A DNA stretch of 64,000 nucleotides from Bacteroidales bacterium (GCA_031263015.1 JAISGN010000007.1:313-64312); one strand, 5' to 3'. Shown: positions 54,092 to 63,204, counted from the stretch's first letter. Notes: a model not told the origin generated them from the sequence alone. Program-made: numbers and translations.

Positions 54092-55657
54092 CTAATATCC
54101 GTTTTCTTCTAACAATTGCTGTATATACTCATCTCCGAGTTCTTTGGCTTTCTTCAGGTAATCTTCTGCCTTCTTTTCATCTCCTATTCCCATATAATAA
54201 AGTCTCATAAGGATGTATGTACCTATATAATTGGGATTTACTTCTATTGCTTTTTGCCAACATTCAATTGCTTTCTCATGTTGTCCGTCCCAATCCATAT
54301 AAACACTTCCCATAAAGCAGTATGCTTCCGCATAATCGGGCTTTAATTCTATCGCCTGCTCAAAACATTTTATTGCTTTCTTATATTCCTGATTATTAAA
54401 TGCTATATAACCATCCAAAAACCACTCTTCGGCAACTTGATAGTTTGTATCAGATTCGTTGAAGTCAGGTTTTATTTCCTCTACTATATTATATTGTTCA
54501 TTCAAGGTCTCATAAGCCAGTTTCATATTGTAGTATGCGTCCGCATAATTAGAGTTTAATTCGCTGGCTTTCTTATAACATTCTATCGCTTTCTCATATT
54601 GTTCGTTCCAATCAGCATAAGCGACTCCCATATTGAAGTATGCTTCCGCATAATCGGGCTTTAATTCTATGGCTTTCTGATAACATTCTATCGCTTTCTC
54701 GTAATCATTATTATTAAATGCTTTTAAACCTTTCAAATACCATCCTTCGGCAAGTTGAGAGTTAGTATCAGATTCTTTATGGTCAGTTGTTGTTGCCCCA
54801 GATATCCTAATTTGTCCGGTCAAAGCCTTATAAGCAAGTTTCTTATTTTGGTGTGCATCCGCAAAATCGGGCTTTAATTTTATTGCTTTCTCAAAATATT
54901 CTATCGCTTTCTTATATTGTCCGTTCCAATTGCAATAAGCGACTCCCATATTATTGTATGCTACTGCATTATCGGGCTTTAATTCTATTGCTTTCTCATA
55001 ACATTCTATAGCCTTCTCATATTTTCCGTTCCAATTCTGATAAGCAACGCCCATATTGACGTATGCGTCCGCTAAATCGGGCTTATATTCTATTGCTTTC
55101 TTATAATATTCTACGGCTTTCTTATATTGTCCCTTCCATTTACTATAAACCAGTCCCATATTGAAGTATGCTTCCGCATCATCGGGATTTAATTCTATGG
55201 ATTTCTTATAACATTCTATTGCTTTCTCATATTGTCCGTTCCAATCAGCATAAGCAAGTCCCATATCGTTATACGCTTCCGCCAAATCGGGCTTTAATTC
55301 TATTGCCTTCTGATAACATTCTATCGCTTTCTTATATTGTCCTTTCCAAGCATAATAAGCATTTCCCATATTGCCGTATGCATCTGCATAATTGGGCTTT
55401 AATTCTACGGCTTTCTGATAACATTCTATTGCTTTCTTATATTCCTTATTATTAAATGCTATAGAACCATCTAAAAACCATTCTTCGGCAGTTTGAGAGC
55501 TGGTATCAGGTTCGTTGAGGTTTGATATTATTTCCCCGTTGTCAGAAAATATTTTGTCAAAACCAAGCATTGTGTTTGTGTTCCCACATTGTGCTGCAAC
55601 AAAAGCAAAGAGGGAGAAAACCAAAGCAAACATTCTAATAATATTGTGAAATTTCAT
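54092..55657 (-). CDS. secreted TPR repeat protein (521 aa), paralog of 52399..53406
   Basis: The signal peptide is MKFHNIIRMFALVFSLFAFVAAQ. It has three blocks, each opening with ESDTN.Q.AE.W.L.G..AFNN.EYKKAIECYQKA. These are followed by the same 35-aa TPR-like units. A TAACTTTG box lies at 55697-55704 on the minus strand. Confidence 0.85.
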   Translation of the reverse strand: MKFHNIIRMFALVFSLFAFVAAQCGNTNTMLGFDKIFSDNGEIISNLNEPDTSSQTAEEWFLDGSIAFNNKEYKKAIECYQKAVELKPNYADAYGNMGNAYYAWKGQYKKAIECYQKAIELKPDLAEAYNDMGLAYADWNGQYEKAIECYKKSIELNPDDAEAYFNMGLVYSKWKGQYKKAVEYYKKAIEYKPDLADAYVNMGVAYQNWNGKYEKAIECYEKAIELKPDNAVAYNNMGVAYCNWNGQYKKAIEYFEKAIKLKPDFADAHQNKKLAYKALTGQIRISGATTTDHKESDTNSQLAEGWYLKGLKAFNNNDYEKAIECYQKAIELKPDYAEAYFNMGVAYADWNEQYEKAIECYKKASELNSNYADAYYNMKLAYETLNEQYNIVEEIKPDFNESDTNYQVAEEWFLDGYIAFNNQEYKKAIKCFEQAIELKPDYAEAYCFMGSVYMDWDGQHEKAIECWQKAIEVNPNYIGTYILMRLYYMGIGDEKKAEDYLKKAKELGDEYIQQLLEENGY

Positions 55658-55769
55658 AACTATTTATTTTTATTTAGACATTATTTAATTAGGTTGCAAA
55701 GTTATAAAAAATAATTAGAATATCAACAACGCTTACAAGAATTTTACGAAACGGCATTGTATTTTTACA

Positions 55770-55926
55770 AAAGGCTGTTTGTGCGTGTCGCACTGACATT
55801 ACTTTTTAACAAAACGACGTTTTAGAAAAACGAAAGGCTGTTTTATTTTGATTAAAGGCTGTTTTATTTTGATTAAAGCAAATAATATAAAGATGAAGTC
55901 AAAAAAAATGTCCGTGCGACACGCAC
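55770..55926. mobile_element. MITE-like composite: inverted GTGCGTGTCGCAC(T/G)GACATT termini flanking five 21-bp units
   Basis: The left end is GTGCGTGTCGCACTGACATT (55781-55800). The right end is AATGTCCGTGCGACACGCAC (55907-55926), which matches the left end's reverse complement at 19 of 20 positions. The interior units are aacaaaacgacgttttagaaa / aacgaaaggctgttttatttt / gattaaaggctgttttatttt / gattaaagcaaataatataaa / gatgaagtcaaaaaaaatgtc. Confidence 0.6.
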
Positions 55927-55935
55927 TGGGGGCGG

Positions 55936-56679
55936 CTATTCAAAGGTTAGGTTGATGTAAAAGACCTGTGAGCGGAACTTATCAATGACAGAGGTGTATA
56001 TAGTGTTGTATGAATGGACTAAAACGTCATTGAGGGCGAACGAAGTCTTTAATTCTATGCCGAATTTGAAGTATTGGAGGTAGAAGTCAAAGCCGAAGCC
56101 CAACGTATAAAACATTTCGTGACTGTCTAACTTGATAGGAATGTTGAGATTGTCCGTTTTCTTGCGTTTTAATGAGGCAAGGTCGTAGGCATATTTGACT
56201 CCGCCAATCAGATAGGGGCGAAAATTTTGCCAACGTTTCGCCTGAATCTTCAATTCCAAAGGAGCCTCAAGCCAGATGGTCTCTATATCGCTTTTAACCG
56301 TGCTTTCGCTGTTCTTAAAGGAGGTATTGAAGATGGTTTTCCTGTTACAGAAGCTGATGGAAGGAGTGAGCCGCAGCCGCAAAAAAGATAATAATTTCAA
56401 ATCACTTACTACCCCGATTGTGAAACCGCTTTGGTGTGGGGTATTAACATCAAGTATTGTGTCCTTATGAGGTTGCGGGTTGTGCAAAGATACATTCTCC
56501 CACGCCTGATTATATCCCAGAATGAAGCCAAAGTGTATTAGACGCGTGTCATAGTAAGGCAGATTGTAGGGATTTCCTTGTGAGAACGTATTAAGGGCTA
56601 AAAAAGAAAGCAAAGAGAGCATTATGAATTTAATCCTTGATGCTCTCTTGTTTATTATGTGCTTTGGAGTTGTTCTCAC
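55936..56679 (-). CDS. porT: T9SS-associated outer-membrane beta-barrel protein PorT/SprT
   Basis: The ORF is 247 aa. It has a signal peptide, LPYYDTRLIHFGFILGYN and a C-terminal …YINLTFE beta-barrel terminus, which are typical of PorT. The annotated start is GTG, so the exact start is uncertain. Confidence 0.75.
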   Translation of the reverse strand: MRTTPKHIINKRASRIKFIMLSLLSFLALNTFSQGNPYNLPYYDTRLIHFGFILGYNQAWENVSLHNPQPHKDTILDVNTPHQSGFTIGVVSDLKLLSFLRLRLTPSISFCNRKTIFNTSFKNSESTVKSDIETIWLEAPLELKIQAKRWQNFRPYLIGGVKYAYDLASLKRKKTDNLNIPIKLDSHEMFYTLGFGFDFYLQYFKFGIELKTSFALNDVLVHSYNTIYTSVIDKFRSQVFYINLTFE

Positions 56680-56705
56680 TTTGTTTTAGCGGGATATTGT
56701 TTGCC

Positions 56706-57860
56706 TTAGATGCGGTTAGTGAGGATTTCCCTAACCTTAGACGGCGTTATGTTGTGGCGTTCGCCTAATGCCCAACCTCTTTTTTCAAGTCTCTCCACAA
56801 CGATATCAATGCATGATGCGTCGAGATTAACATCCGATAAATGAGTAGGGGCTCCCAGTGAGCGGAAAAAGCGTTCTATTGCCAATATTGCTTTGTCTGC
56901 GCGTTCTGTTCGTGAGCCTTCGTTGATGCCAAAGACACGTGAAGCCATTTGTGCGAGCTTATCCAGCTTGTCTTTCTTCATTACACGCAACACTCCCGGC
57001 AAAACAATTGACAGAGTTACGCCATGGTCTAATTCAAAGAAAGCCGTAAGTTCATGACCTATCATATGAGTGCTCCAATCTTCTGGTTGCCCGCAGGCAA
57101 TTAAGCCATTAAGCCCCAGAGTCGCCGCCCACATAAGATTAGACTTGATATCATAGTCGGTAGGGTTCTTCATAACTTTGCCACCCTCCTCAAGCAGAGT
57201 TTGAAGTATGCTTTCGGCAAATCTATCGGATATTTGGTTGCGCACAGGGTAAGTACAGTATTGCTCAATGACGTGAACAAAAGTATCAACAATGCCATTA
57301 GTAATCTGACGCTTCGGAAGGCTGTAAGTAGTTTCAGGATCTAAAATGGAGAATTGAGGGAATACTTTGTCGGAATGAAAAGCCAGTTTTTCTTTTGTTT
57401 CGGATTTGGTTATCACAGCCCCCTTATTCATTTCCGAACCAGTGGCTGGCAAGGTTAAAACACTACCAAAAGGCATCGCTTGCTTTACTTCAACCTGTTT
57501 AGACAAAATATCCCAGCTGTCTTTTCCCTCATAAAGAGCCGCAGCCGCAATAAACTTTGTCGCATCTATCACACTGCCGCCGCCAACGGGCAAAAGGAAA
57601 TCTATCTTCTTTTGTTTGATGATACTAACAGCGTCAAGGCAGGTTTCAAAATAAGGATTTGGCTCTACGCCTTCAAATTCCGTTACTTTTCTTTTGCCTA
57701 AGGCTTTAATTACTTGGTCATATACACCATTCTTTTTTATGCTTCCGCTGCCGTAAATCAACAATACTTTTGCCGTTTTGGGAACTAAAGCGTCTAATTG
57801 TGCTATTTCACCCTTTCCGAAGACTATTTTAGTCGGATTATAAAAAGAAAAATTGTTCAT
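56706..57860 (-). CDS. iron-containing alcohol dehydrogenase (butanol dehydrogenase/YqhD-like)
   Basis: The ORF is 384 aa. GGGSVIDATK and the His-rich metal site (HMIGHELT) are present. Confidence 0.9.
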   Translation of the reverse strand: MNNFSFYNPTKIVFGKGEIAQLDALVPKTAKVLLIYGSGSIKKNGVYDQVIKALGKRKVTEFEGVEPNPYFETCLDAVSIIKQKKIDFLLPVGGGSVIDATKFIAAAALYEGKDSWDILSKQVEVKQAMPFGSVLTLPATGSEMNKGAVITKSETKEKLAFHSDKVFPQFSILDPETTYSLPKRQITNGIVDTFVHVIEQYCTYPVRNQISDRFAESILQTLLEEGGKVMKNPTDYDIKSNLMWAATLGLNGLIACGQPEDWSTHMIGHELTAFFELDHGVTLSIVLPGVLRVMKKDKLDKLAQMASRVFGINEGSRTERADKAILAIERFFRSLGAPTHLSDVNLDASCIDIVVERLEKRGWALGERHNITPSKVREILTNRI

Positions 57861-57868
57861 AAAATACC

Positions 57869-58873
57869 CTAAATTTGTTTTATTAATTCGTTATACAAAA
57901 TGTTTTTATCAATTGGCGACACGCCAACCTTCTCACATACCAATCCTCCAGCAAGATTGCTTATTCTTGCAATGTCTGCCGCTTTTATTTTCAACGCCAA
58001 GCACAATGTAGCGACACTTATCACCGTGTCTCCCGCACCTGATACGTCCGCAATCTGCCTTAAATGTGCTTTAATATGGTAGGGAACTCTCATTTGCTCG
58101 CTATAATCCATCATAAACACACCTTTATCGCTCAAAGTGATGAATACTTTCTCTATATTGTGCTTTTTGTGCAATATATCGGCGGCTTGCATCAGTATAT
58201 CCTCATTTACCTTGCTTATATCTTCAAAATTCAGGTTCAAGCCCTCTTTTAATTCTTTCAGATTGGGCTTAAACAAGGTTATATTATTATAATGATTGAA
58301 GTTTCGCTTCTTTGGGTCGGTTGAAGTAGGAATATTCATTTGCTTTGCTTTGTCTGCAACCTTTTTTATGACATTTTTGGTTATCGTTCCCTTGTCATAA
58401 TCCTGAAAAACGATAGCATCTATGCGTTTTGCAGCCAATATGTCAAATATTCGCTTGATAAAATCTCTCTCTTCTTCCTTTGAAATCTCTCTGTCGGTCT
58501 CTTCATCAACACGAAGCAACTGCGAAGAGCCGCTTAGAAACCTTGTTTTGGATGTTGTTTGCCTTTGTGTTGATGTTATCATACCTTGTGTGGATAGATG
58601 CTCGTTTCGCATTAATGAAAGCAAGATTTCTCCGCTTATATCATTGCCAATAACCGAACAAAGTATAGGTTCGGCACCCATAGATGCGATATTCAAAGCG
58701 ACATTCGCCGCTCCGCCGAGCCGATTCTCCTTTTTAACAACGGCACACACAGGAACAGGAGCCTCAGGTGAGATTCTATTAACCTGACCCCACATATAAG
58801 AATCTACCATTACGTCTCCGATGATTAGAATGTTGAGTTTAGAAAATCGTTTGAATATTTCCTTGTAATCCAT
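57869..58873 (-). CDS. PfkB-family sugar kinase, RfaE/HldE domain I-like (D-glycero-beta-D-manno-heptose-7-phosphate kinase)
   Basis: The ORF is 334 aa. IIGDVMVDSYMWGQVNRISPEAPVPV, RLGGAANVALN and DVSGAGDTV motifs are present. Confidence 0.85.
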   Translation of the reverse strand: MDYKEIFKRFSKLNILIIGDVMVDSYMWGQVNRISPEAPVPVCAVVKKENRLGGAANVALNIASMGAEPILCSVIGNDISGEILLSLMRNEHLSTQGMITSTQRQTTSKTRFLSGSSQLLRVDEETDREISKEEERDFIKRIFDILAAKRIDAIVFQDYDKGTITKNVIKKVADKAKQMNIPTSTDPKKRNFNHYNNITLFKPNLKELKEGLNLNFEDISKVNEDILMQAADILHKKHNIEKVFITLSDKGVFMMDYSEQMRVPYHIKAHLRQIADVSGAGDTVISVATLCLALKIKAADIARISNLAGGLVCEKVGVSPIDKNILYNELIKQI

Positions 58874-58875
58874 GC

Positions 58876-59889
58876 TTATTGTTTTGTTATCTCACCTCGT
58901 AAGTTGGTGGTTAATAATTGTTTTATTTTTTCGTTATCTCTTTCGGTCGCTATCAAAAGCATTAATTTCGCAAGAGCAGCCTCTGTCGTTATGTCGTCTC
59001 CCGATATTACGCCCATACTCATTAGTTGTCGGCTTGTTTCATAATGTCCCATCACAACTTTGCCTGCTTTGCATTGCGTAACATTATAAACGATGATTCC
59101 CTTACTTATAGTATGTTGTATCAAATCAATAAACCATTTTTCAGTAGGGGCATTTCCGCTGCCGTAAGTCTCCAAAATCACTGCCCTTAGCCCGTCTGCC
59201 GCAAGTACTGCCTGCAAATATTTTTCTTTTAAGGCAGGATGGATTTTTATTATCACAATATCATCGCACAACTGCTTGTAAAATTTTGTTCTTCCTTGCG
59301 ATTGCGGGCATATAAGGTGGTCTTTGTAAGTTATATTGATGCCTACTTTCGCCAAAGAGGGATAATTGCCCGAGTAAAACGCCTCAAAATACTCGGAATT
59401 AATCTTTGTCGTGCGGTTTCCCCTGTAAAGTTTGTTGTCAAAGAAGATACAAACTTCGGGAATGACGACTTCATTATTTGAAGCAATCTCTATGGCTGAT
59501 ATAATGTTCTCTCGTCCGTCGGTTCTAATCATTCCGAGCGGCAATTGGCTGCCTGTGAGTATTATTGGCTTGGAAAGATTTTCTATCATAAAGGAAAGCG
59601 CCGATGCTGTGTAGCTCATGGTGTCCGTTCCGTGCAAAACGACAAATCCGTCATAGTTATCGTAATTGCATTCAATGATTCCGACCAGCCTTATCCAGAA
59701 ATCAATATTTACATTGGAGGAATCTATCACTGTTTCCAACGTTAGCGTTTCTATGATGCAGTCTAATTTTTTCAAAGTAGGGATTACCTCGCATATTTGT
59801 TCCAAATTAAATGGTCGTAATGCCCCAGTAACATTATCTTGCACCATTCCAATAGTTCCACCTGTGTAAATGACTAAAATTTTCTTCAT
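58876..59889 (-). CDS. ansA: type I L-asparaginase
   Basis: The start is set at MKKILVIYTGGTIGM (the catalytic TGGTIG motif), and HGTDTM is present. A TAATTTTG box at 59910-59917 on the minus strand supports this start over 59931. Confidence 0.9.
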   Translation of the reverse strand: MKKILVIYTGGTIGMVQDNVTGALRPFNLEQICEVIPTLKKLDCIIETLTLETVIDSSNVNIDFWIRLVGIIECNYDNYDGFVVLHGTDTMSYTASALSFMIENLSKPIILTGSQLPLGMIRTDGRENIISAIEIASNNEVVIPEVCIFFDNKLYRGNRTTKINSEYFEAFYSGNYPSLAKVGINITYKDHLICPQSQGRTKFYKQLCDDIVIIKIHPALKEKYLQAVLAADGLRAVILETYGSGNAPTEKWFIDLIQHTISKGIIVYNVTQCKAGKVVMGHYETSRQLMSMGVISGDDITTEAALAKLMLLIATERDNEKIKQLLTTNLRGEITKQ

Positions 59890-60039
59890 AAGGAGGCAAT
59901 TAAACGCTGCAAAATTACAACTTTTTTTCAACTTGTCCTTTTATTCCTTCGTTTGCTTGCCGTCCGACTGCCTTCTGTGCGGATAAAAGCCCGTATCCGC
60001 CCGACATTTCTTAACTCTGATTTCCTCTTGTCTTGCAAT

Positions 60040-60144
60040 GTTTTGACAAAAGGCTGTTTCATTTTTACCAAACAAAGTTTCATTCGCACCAAAGGCTGTT
60101 TTAGAAAAATGAAACAGCCTTTGATTTTGTGCAAAGGCGAAATT
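60040..60144. repeat. 21-bp-phased array (5 units), AAAGGCTGTTT/AAACAGCCTTT family
   Basis: The units are gttttgacaaaaggctgtttc / atttttaccaaacaaagtttc / attcgcaccaaaggctgtttt / agaaaaatgaaacagcctttg / attttgtgcaaaggcgaaatt. The array lies between the divergent ansA and fucosidase promoters. Confidence 0.9.
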
Positions 60145-60200
60145 GTCGTTGCGAAGCGTAGTTTTATCATAATATTAATTGCGTTTTGTATTTTATTTTG

Positions 60201-60208
60201 TACTTTTG
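60201..60208 (+). promoter_or_regulatory. -7 box (TACTTTTG) of the fucosidase gene
   Basis: This is an exact TAnnTTTG match, 21 nt upstream of the GTG at 60229. Confidence 0.5.
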
Positions 60209-60228
60209 CCCCACTAAATCAACAAAAA

Positions 60229-61986
60229 GTGAAAATAATTAAACGTTTTATCCTTGTCGTTTGCCTTTTGGGGACGGCGAGTAGCGGTTTTGCACAGCGC
60301 AAAGCCGATTTCTATCAAATGGAATATCCGAAATGGTTTTCGGATGCAAAACTCGGGATTTTTATTCATTATGGGCTTTACAGCGTACCTGCTTGGAGCG
60401 CCCCGGAACAGTATGCCGAGTGGTTTTATAAGGGTTTGATTTCGGGCGATACTGCAAGAATCAATTTCCAAAAGAGGGTTTATGGCGAGCAATTCAGGTA
60501 TGAGGATTACAAACGCCTGTTCAAAGCCGAGTTATTCAACGCTGACCACTGGGCAAAGTTGTTTAAGCAGAGCGGAGCAAAGTATGTGATTTTTACTGCC
60601 AAGCATCACGATGGTTATTGTATGTATGACAGCCGTTATGCCGTGAATTGGAACAGCGTAACGACCGCTCCGCACAGGGACTTTTGCAAAGAATTAGCCG
60701 ATGCGGTAAGAAAAGAGGAATTAAAGTTCGGTTTGTATTATTCTCTTTTGGAATGGAACAATCCATGGTTCAAATGGACGATAGATAGTGCGGGAATAGA
60801 GAAATATGTCAGCAATCACCTCAAACCACAGTTCAAAGAAATGGTCTCAAAGTTCAAACCGAGCATCGTTTTTGCTGATGGAGATTGGGATTTCGGCTAT
60901 CAGACGCTCCAAAGCGACTATTTGGTGCAATATTACTATGATAAGGTGGGCGAGGAAGGCATTGTGAATAATCGTTGGGGCGTTGGATTTGATTATGGCT
61001 TCCTTACGCCGGAATATAGCAGCGGAATAAGGGAAACGAAACGACCTTGGGCTGAATGCAGAGGACTTTCGCGTTCGTTCGGACTTAATCGTAATGCCGA
61101 TTTATCTTCATATATGACGAGCGAAGAACTGATTGAGCATTTTGTAACTTTGGTTTCTCAGGGCGGAGGCTTAACTCTGAATATTGCTCCTTCGGCTGAC
61201 GGACTTATTCCTTTGTTGCAACAGGAACGATTGCTGGATTTGGGAAAATGGTTGGCTATAAACGGCGAGGCAATCTATGGTTCATCTCCGTACATCGTTC
61301 ATAATATTGATACCATTTGCGGTTTTGAGACAACGGATTCCTGTTTGGATTACAATTGGGTGAGGAATTCGCCGCACAGAGAGATAACAGAAGACAATTT
61401 TACGATGTATGCCCAATGCGAAATGACACCTAAGGAGAGCGGAATCTGCAATTTCGTTGTTAAGGCGGACGATAAAGCCGTTATGACGATAAGCGAAATG
61501 ACCGAAAGCGGCTTTGAGACTATTGTAGTGAAGGATTCGGCTGTTGAAGGCAAGACTTGTGAAATTTCTGCTTGGTTGCGAGCAGACAAAACCTACAAAA
61601 TCGGCGTCAGATACGAGGAAAAAACTCACGATGCTTCGTTGTCGGTGAATATAATGAACAAAAACTCTCTTCAACCCTTCAAAGCGGATTGGAAAATAAG
61701 GTATGAATATCGCAAACCTTACGTCTATTTTACTCAAAAGGGCGATGATTTGTATCTTTTTGCAGATACGAAATTTTGTTCCGACATTTTGGAGGTTGAT
61801 TTGGGGCATCCGTGCCAAAAGGGTTTGAAAATAACTTTGCTAAACGAGCCAAAAACAGCCATTCCTTACCTTTCGGAAAATCATAACCTGATTCTGGATA
61901 TTTCAAACCTTAAATGCAATGCACAAAGCGGCGTTTCAAAGTCTGATATCATCGTTTTGAAATTGCAGAATTACCTAAGGGAATAA
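60229..61986 (+). CDS. alpha-L-fucosidase (GH29) with a C-terminal accessory beta-domain
   Basis: The proposed GTG start gives the signal peptide VKIIKRFILVVCLLGTASSGFAQ. GIFIHYGLYSVPAW and HHDGYCMYDS are GH29 motifs. The track ORF from 59953 reads through the repeat array and promoter and is not credible there. Confidence 0.85.
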   Translation: MKIIKRFILVVCLLGTASSGFAQRKADFYQMEYPKWFSDAKLGIFIHYGLYSVPAWSAPEQYAEWFYKGLISGDTARINFQKRVYGEQFRYEDYKRLFKAELFNADHWAKLFKQSGAKYVIFTAKHHDGYCMYDSRYAVNWNSVTTAPHRDFCKELADAVRKEELKFGLYYSLLEWNNPWFKWTIDSAGIEKYVSNHLKPQFKEMVSKFKPSIVFADGDWDFGYQTLQSDYLVQYYYDKVGEEGIVNNRWGVGFDYGFLTPEYSSGIRETKRPWAECRGLSRSFGLNRNADLSSYMTSEELIEHFVTLVSQGGGLTLNIAPSADGLIPLLQQERLLDLGKWLAINGEAIYGSSPYIVHNIDTICGFETTDSCLDYNWVRNSPHREITEDNFTMYAQCEMTPKESGICNFVVKADDKAVMTISEMTESGFETIVVKDSAVEGKTCEISAWLRADKTYKIGVRYEEKTHDASLSVNIMNKNSLQPFKADWKIRYEYRKPYVYFTQKGDDLYLFADTKFCSDILEVDLGHPCQKGLKITLLNEPKTAIPYLSENHNLILDISNLKCNAQSGVSKSDIIVLKLQNYLRE

Positions 61987-61993
61987 TAAGGCT

Positions 61994-63064
61994 TTAATCC
62001 TCAATGATGACTCCGCTTCCCAAGCAGAGTTTTGCTTCTTTGTCGTAGATAACACCAAATTGTCCGGCGGCAATACCTTGTATCTTCTTCTCGGATTCAA
62101 TTCTGTAAATATCGTTTATCTTCTTTAATTTGCCTCTTGTGAAGTCAGGCGTGTGGCGAATCTTAAAGAGTATATCTTTTTCGTCCTTAAAATCTCCCCA
62201 AACGTCCTCTGTGATAAATGCAAAGGCGGATAAATTTATTGTTGTGCCGTATTGAGTCTGCGGATCATAGCCCTGCGAGACGTAAAGCACGTTTTCGTCC
62301 ATATCTTTCTTGACCACAAACCACGGACCTCCGCTTAGACCCAAACCTTTCCTCTGTCCTATGGTGTGAAACCAATATCCGTTATGTTCCCCTATGATTC
62401 TGCCCGTTTCAAGCTCCACAATCTTGCCCTTTTTCTCGCCAAGATAGCGACGGATGAAGTCATTATAATTTATTTTGCCCAGAAAACATATCCCTTGGCT
62501 GTCTTTGCGTTCGGCAGACGGCATATCGGATTGGCGGGCTATGCTTCTGACCTCGCTTTTCAGCAGATGACCGATGGGAAACATCAATCGCGAAACCTGA
62601 ACGTAGTTTATCTGACCCAGAAAGTATGTTTGGTCTTTCGCTTTGTCGGCAGCGGTGGATAGAAATGTCTTTTCGCCGATTTGAGTCGTGGTACAATAAT
62701 GACCTGTGGCTATTTTGTCAAACTGATGTCCCCATTTGCGTTCGAAACTTCCGAATTTGATAAGTTTATTGCACATCATATCGGGATTAGGCGTCAATCC
62801 GCGCCTCACAGCCTCAATAGTATAACTCACAACGCTCTCCCAATAATCCTCTTGTAAAGAAACAATTTCCAGTTTGCAGCCATACTTCCTCGCAATGTAG
62901 GTTGTAATCTCAATATCCTCCTGAGCAGGGCAGTCAATGTAGCCTTCGCTGTCCTCCATGCCGATTTTGATGTAAAAAATGGTCGGTTCATACCCCGCAT
63001 CCTTCAACATCTTGACGCAAACGCTGCTATCAACGCCTCCGGATACTAATGCCGCTATGTTCAT
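61994..63064 (-). CDS. mnmA: tRNA 2-thiouridine(34) synthase
   Basis: The ORF is 356 aa with the PP-loop [11 protein letters not shown]…, and the KDQTYFL and DSQGICF motifs. A TACCTTTG box lies at 63109-63116 on the minus strand. Confidence 0.95.
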   Translation of the reverse strand: MNIAALVSGGVDSSVCVKMLKDAGYEPTIFYIKIGMEDSEGYIDCPAQEDIEITTYIARKYGCKLEIVSLQEDYWESVVSYTIEAVRRGLTPNPDMMCNKLIKFGSFERKWGHQFDKIATGHYCTTTQIGEKTFLSTAADKAKDQTYFLGQINYVQVSRLMFPIGHLLKSEVRSIARQSDMPSAERKDSQGICFLGKINYNDFIRRYLGEKKGKIVELETGRIIGEHNGYWFHTIGQRKGLGLSGGPWFVVKKDMDENVLYVSQGYDPQTQYGTTINLSAFAFITEDVWGDFKDEKDILFKIRHTPDFTRGKLKKINDIYRIESEKKIQGIAAGQFGVIYDKEAKLCLGSGVIIED

Positions 63065-63172
63065 CTGCTGTTCTGTTGTTTTGTTATTTGCTTTAATAAA
63101 TTACACTGCAAAGGTATGATTTTTTTAATCGTTATAAAAACAGCCTGTTCTTTGCGGTTAATTTGTTTTTCT

Positions 63173-63180
63173 TACCTTTG
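63173..63180 (+). promoter_or_regulatory. -7 box (TACCTTTG)
   Basis: This is an exact TAnnTTTG match, 25 nt upstream of the ATG at 63205. Confidence 0.5.
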
Positions 63181-63204
63181 CATATCGTTTAATACCATTT
63201 AATA

